A stretch of DNA of 64,000 nt. Origin: the human T2T-CHM13v2.0 reference genome, Homo sapiens. Below are positions 59,033-64,000 of this stretch, piece after piece; the stretch's first letter is position 1, and every line of letters starts with the position of its first letter. Under the pieces are notes generated by a model. That model saw nothing but the letters and a program-made list of their open reading frames with translations, did no database searches and was not told the origin of the DNA. The stretch lies in assembly GCF_009914755.1 (NCBI RefSeq), contig NC_060926.1, one strand, 5' to 3'. Made by a program: the position numbers and the translations under genes.

Positions 59033-60660
59033 ACCTGCAGCACAAAGGCTATTCTTTACCTTCCTTGTGGTCTGCCTGACAGCAAAAGTGTGTGTCTTGC
59101 CAGAAAAATTTCTGTGCCTTATGCTGACTTCATTCAGTCCTTGAGTATTTAAACAAAACAATACAAAAACTCACTTGTGAAAGAGATGATTCTTTAAACT
59201 CATGTCACCTTCTGTTTACTTTTACATTTGTTTGCATTATTAAAAGAGTAAGCAAGAATTATTTCTTCAGCACCCATGATATGCTCTGAGTCAAGTGCCT
59301 AAATCTTCTCTGACAACTCTTTTGATTTTTCCTTCTAGAGATCAGATCCTAAATATAGAAAGAGTAAAAGAAAACTTTTTATCTTGAACTAAAACATTCT
59401 TTGAAACTTCCCAGAGGGCCCCTGGAAATTCACGAGATTTGTACTTTCACCCTATGAAGCAAGAGCAAGAGAGGCCAGAAGTAATTATGTTTATTATTCT
59501 TTAATCAGCATCTGAAGAGATGCTCAGCCTCCCTAGGTTAAGTTTGTATCAGTAAACTCATTATAAATAGTTCAGACACTGCACACTTTGTAGGAAGGCC
59601 CTGAAGCTTTGCCAGTGCCCTCGTCGCCGTCCATTGTATGCTTTACCTTTAGTGAGACACTGATCAAAATGCTTATGAAATAGTTATTTCCCAGTAGAGA
59701 ATCTTACTTTCCTGCGGTTGCTGTAATAAATTAACCAACAGTCAACTACCAGTAGTTTTGTATTTACTCTGATGTGCACCTGGGACTCTGCTGTAAGCCA
59801 CTGGTGAGCGGCTGTGCCTTCCACAAGGGGCAGCCTCAGAGGCTCAAGAGGACATGCAGGGGCTCTAAGCTGAGGATGCTACAGTGAATCACCTCGCGGG
59901 GACACGCTCCTGAGCGGACCTCACTTAGGCCACCTTCAGATCATCCATCAGACGGAGTCATGACTTCTAGGCCTCTAAGCTCAGAGCAGAGGCTCCCTAA
60001 AAGTTCTCTCTTGACTGGATCCAGAGAACAGGAATTATTACTTAGGATTGAATGAGGCAATTTTGTCTTGGTTATTTTTTGGAATATTGCTGATGTTGCT
60101 TTGATGTTCTTTCATTTCTAGATCTGTGAGGAAGCTCCTTCTCTTCCTTTTTAACCTACAATTTAATAGACTTTGCTTTTGTCAATTGAAAAGAAACATT
60201 TGTAAAATAGTTTCTTATTTTCACTAACCCTCCAGAACTCAGAAAATGACTTAGTCTTAAGTTTTCATGGAAATATAGTTATTTTCATAAATTCAATGGA
60301 GAACTTTTCTTCTTTTGCTGGGATAAAACAGCATTAAGCAATAAGGGTTATTGTGGGGTTGTCATAATTGGAGGTGAGTCTCATTTAATCAGGTGGGATA
60401 AGCCACTTTTATACAGAATTGATGCCACAAAGCTACTGCAGGAGAACATGCTGGGCCCTTGAGTCCTAGCCTCACAGGTGGTAGGAAAGGTGGTTTCCTG
60501 CAGGCCAGGAGCAAGCATCAACTGATGTAGGGAACTTTGAGAAGCGAGGAAGCCATCCAAAGTTACAGATACATAGGTGAGAGCTGGTGGTGACAGTTCC
60601 TTGAACTCGGTTTCCCAGCAGATAAAAGAGGCTTTTATAAATCCCAGCTAAGATTTTCTA

Positions 60661-61024
<364 letters not shown>

Positions 61025-61564
61025 GAAAGCTAACCCAAGGAGGTCTGGAAAGTCTAGAACATTCTCACTGCACCTGTGTAAATAGGCCAAACTGAGACCC
61101 ATTGTCTTGTGATCGAGAATCATTTTTGGAGACTGTTGTGATCCTGGGGCAGGGAGACAAAGATTGTTCAGTTGTTATAGGCTTTACATGGGCAAAAAAC
61201 TCAGTGTCCCTTTGATGGATTCTGGGCAGTGGCTAGGGACCCTCAGGGATTGTCGGATTCCGTGGGGACACATGCCTTCAATTCTCTGGGCAGGGTTGTT
61301 CTGCAGTTCTGCAGAGACAGCATCAGCTCGTGTGGGGCTGCTGAAGATGCAGAAGTTTCCTGTTCCTAGCTATGCACATAATTCTGGGCCAAAGCAACGC
61401 ACATGCATCTTGTCCAGTAGAAAATATAAACCTCTGTACATCCAGTTCTCATTTAAACTGCCTGTAACATCTTACCGCTTCCTTGTTAATTAGTTAAATA
61501 AAATGTGTAGCTTTTCTCTTTGTATGAGATGTGTGCGTATATATACGTATATGTATATGTATAA

Positions 61565-61855
<291 letters not shown>

Positions 61856-63179
61856 GAATGACTTTATTTTTTTAAAAAATTGTCCTGTAATACTTCTTAC
61901 TTCACACAACAACCCTGTCAGTTAAGTATTATGGCCACCATCTTATAGGAAGAAAAACTGCAGCCCAAGGCAATGTCTCACCATAAAGGCTAGATGCTTC
62001 CAGCTGGAGAGCCCAGCTCTTGACAACTCAACATCTGCCTCCAAGTTCCTGGATGCAACCCAAATATCTGCCTTTTCATTGGCCCTGTGCCCTTGTATCT
62101 TCTGGGATCATCCTCTTCTTTGCTCTCAAATAAAACTGCTCAAGGTACCTTCCTATATATTGTGAGGACTTCAATTCCTGCCCCTCTCCCTCCTAGGACC
62201 TTTTCCAGGCAGGGCTGGGGAAGGTTGCATTTCTCCCTTTGCTGGGTCAAACCCCTCTCCTCTCCTGTAGCAACTCTCCTCTTGGCTCTGGGTCAGACCT
62301 AGTGTGGAACTCAGCCAACTCCTGGAGTCCTTCGAAGGAACACAGACACGCACAGGGTGTAGGGTTAAAGGTGGGATGTTCAGCCCAGCACAGAACTAGA
62401 AGTAACTTACAACTGAGTAGGAGCTGTGGGTGTCCTACAGACTCACCTGCTGTTTGCTGCCCAGGAGATTTCTCGAGGCTTGGCCCATCTTCAGGCCTGG
62501 TGAAAGGCCATCTCCTCAGGCCCCTCTCTCCCTCCACACTCTCCTCCTCATGCTCTTCCTACCCCACCCCTTTTTGGGGGTCCTCCACCCACCTCCCTCA
62601 TCTGTCCCCCACAGGCAGGGCAAAATTGTCATTCATTTTTCAGATAGAACAAGTCGCCTCTTTGGTTTCTCCCACCCAGCCCATGGGGAGGGCGGATTAG
62701 CTTTCAGAACCAATCATGCTCTCTAAGGTCATTTTTTTTCCAACAAATGACCTTGTGACTCCATCAGAGGAATGTTTTACTTCTTTCTATTCTAATCCAT
62801 TCCAACTTCAACCTGTAGGCCACTTTTCAAACAGAAATTTTCTTATTATTACACAAACACCAAATTCCCTGACAGAAGATCTTACCCCATTAGCATGGAA
62901 TGTATCTGAACAACACTGCCGCTAGCCTGAAGGTGTATCCCAGCGAGGAAATTCTGGAATTTTCTGCACAGCCACAGCCTTTGTTAGAATAAGGACACAC
63001 ACATGGCACTCCACCTCGAAAGATGCTCACATTTGTGTGGATGCTTTCTGCTGGCTCAAAAAATTATGGACACACATCTTAAAATGTGAGATCCCTGCTG
63101 TGGGACCTCATGGTCTCTCATAAAATTCTTGTGAACAAAACAGAGAAAGATTAGCAGATTGCAGGACATCAAGGAGACA

Positions 63180-63351
63180 TTAGACTAGCTGGGTGTGGCG
63201 GTGGGCACCTGTAGTCCAGCTACTTAGGAGGCTGTGTAGGGAAGATCACATGAGCCCTGGAGGTTGAGGCTGCAGTGAGCTACGATCACACCACTGCACT
63301 CCAGCCTAAGCGACAGAGCAAGACCCTATCTGAAATTTAAAAAAAAAAAAA
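63180..63351 (+). mobile_element. Alu right monomer (FRAM/AluJ)
   Basis: Single monomer with poly-A. Confidence 0.85.
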
Positions 63352-63512
63352 GGGATAAAAGTTGGAAAAATCAACATTCTGAAAGAGAATATCTAAGACA
63401 GTGAAGGGCGAGAGTCTATCGTGGTGTGCCCCAGGCTCTGTGGGTGGAGTTTAATGATTTTATTACAGTGCATCGTGTCATCCAACCTCCTCACTTAAAG
63501 ATGGGGAAGCTG

Positions 63513-63998
<486 letters not shown>

Positions 63999-64000
63999 AA

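Overview
Repeat-dense primate (probably human or great ape) genomic DNA with no intact protein-coding gene that I can support. More than half of it is Alu, old L1, L2/MIR, MaLR/ERV LTRs and DNA-transposon fossils, often nested. The main non-repeat feature is an intronless, frameshifted, CpG-rich copy of a TPRX-type (ETCHbox, PRD-class K50) homeobox gene at about 49.2-49.9 kb, with a probable 3' UTR to about 50.7 kb. It sits inside an old L1 and is preceded by a GGATTAATCC double K50 site. Other points: a U7 snRNA retrocopy (41.8 kb); an apparent 4-kb inversion with an inverted duplication inside an MLT1 provirus (7.5-17 kb); a trimeric Alu; a PABL-like LTR nested in an Alu; small templated insertions; and several homeodomain/POU-rich enhancer candidates. 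Repeat subfamily names and the TPRX1/U7 comparisons come from remembered consensus sequences, not database searches. Boundaries are approximate unless a TSD is quoted.
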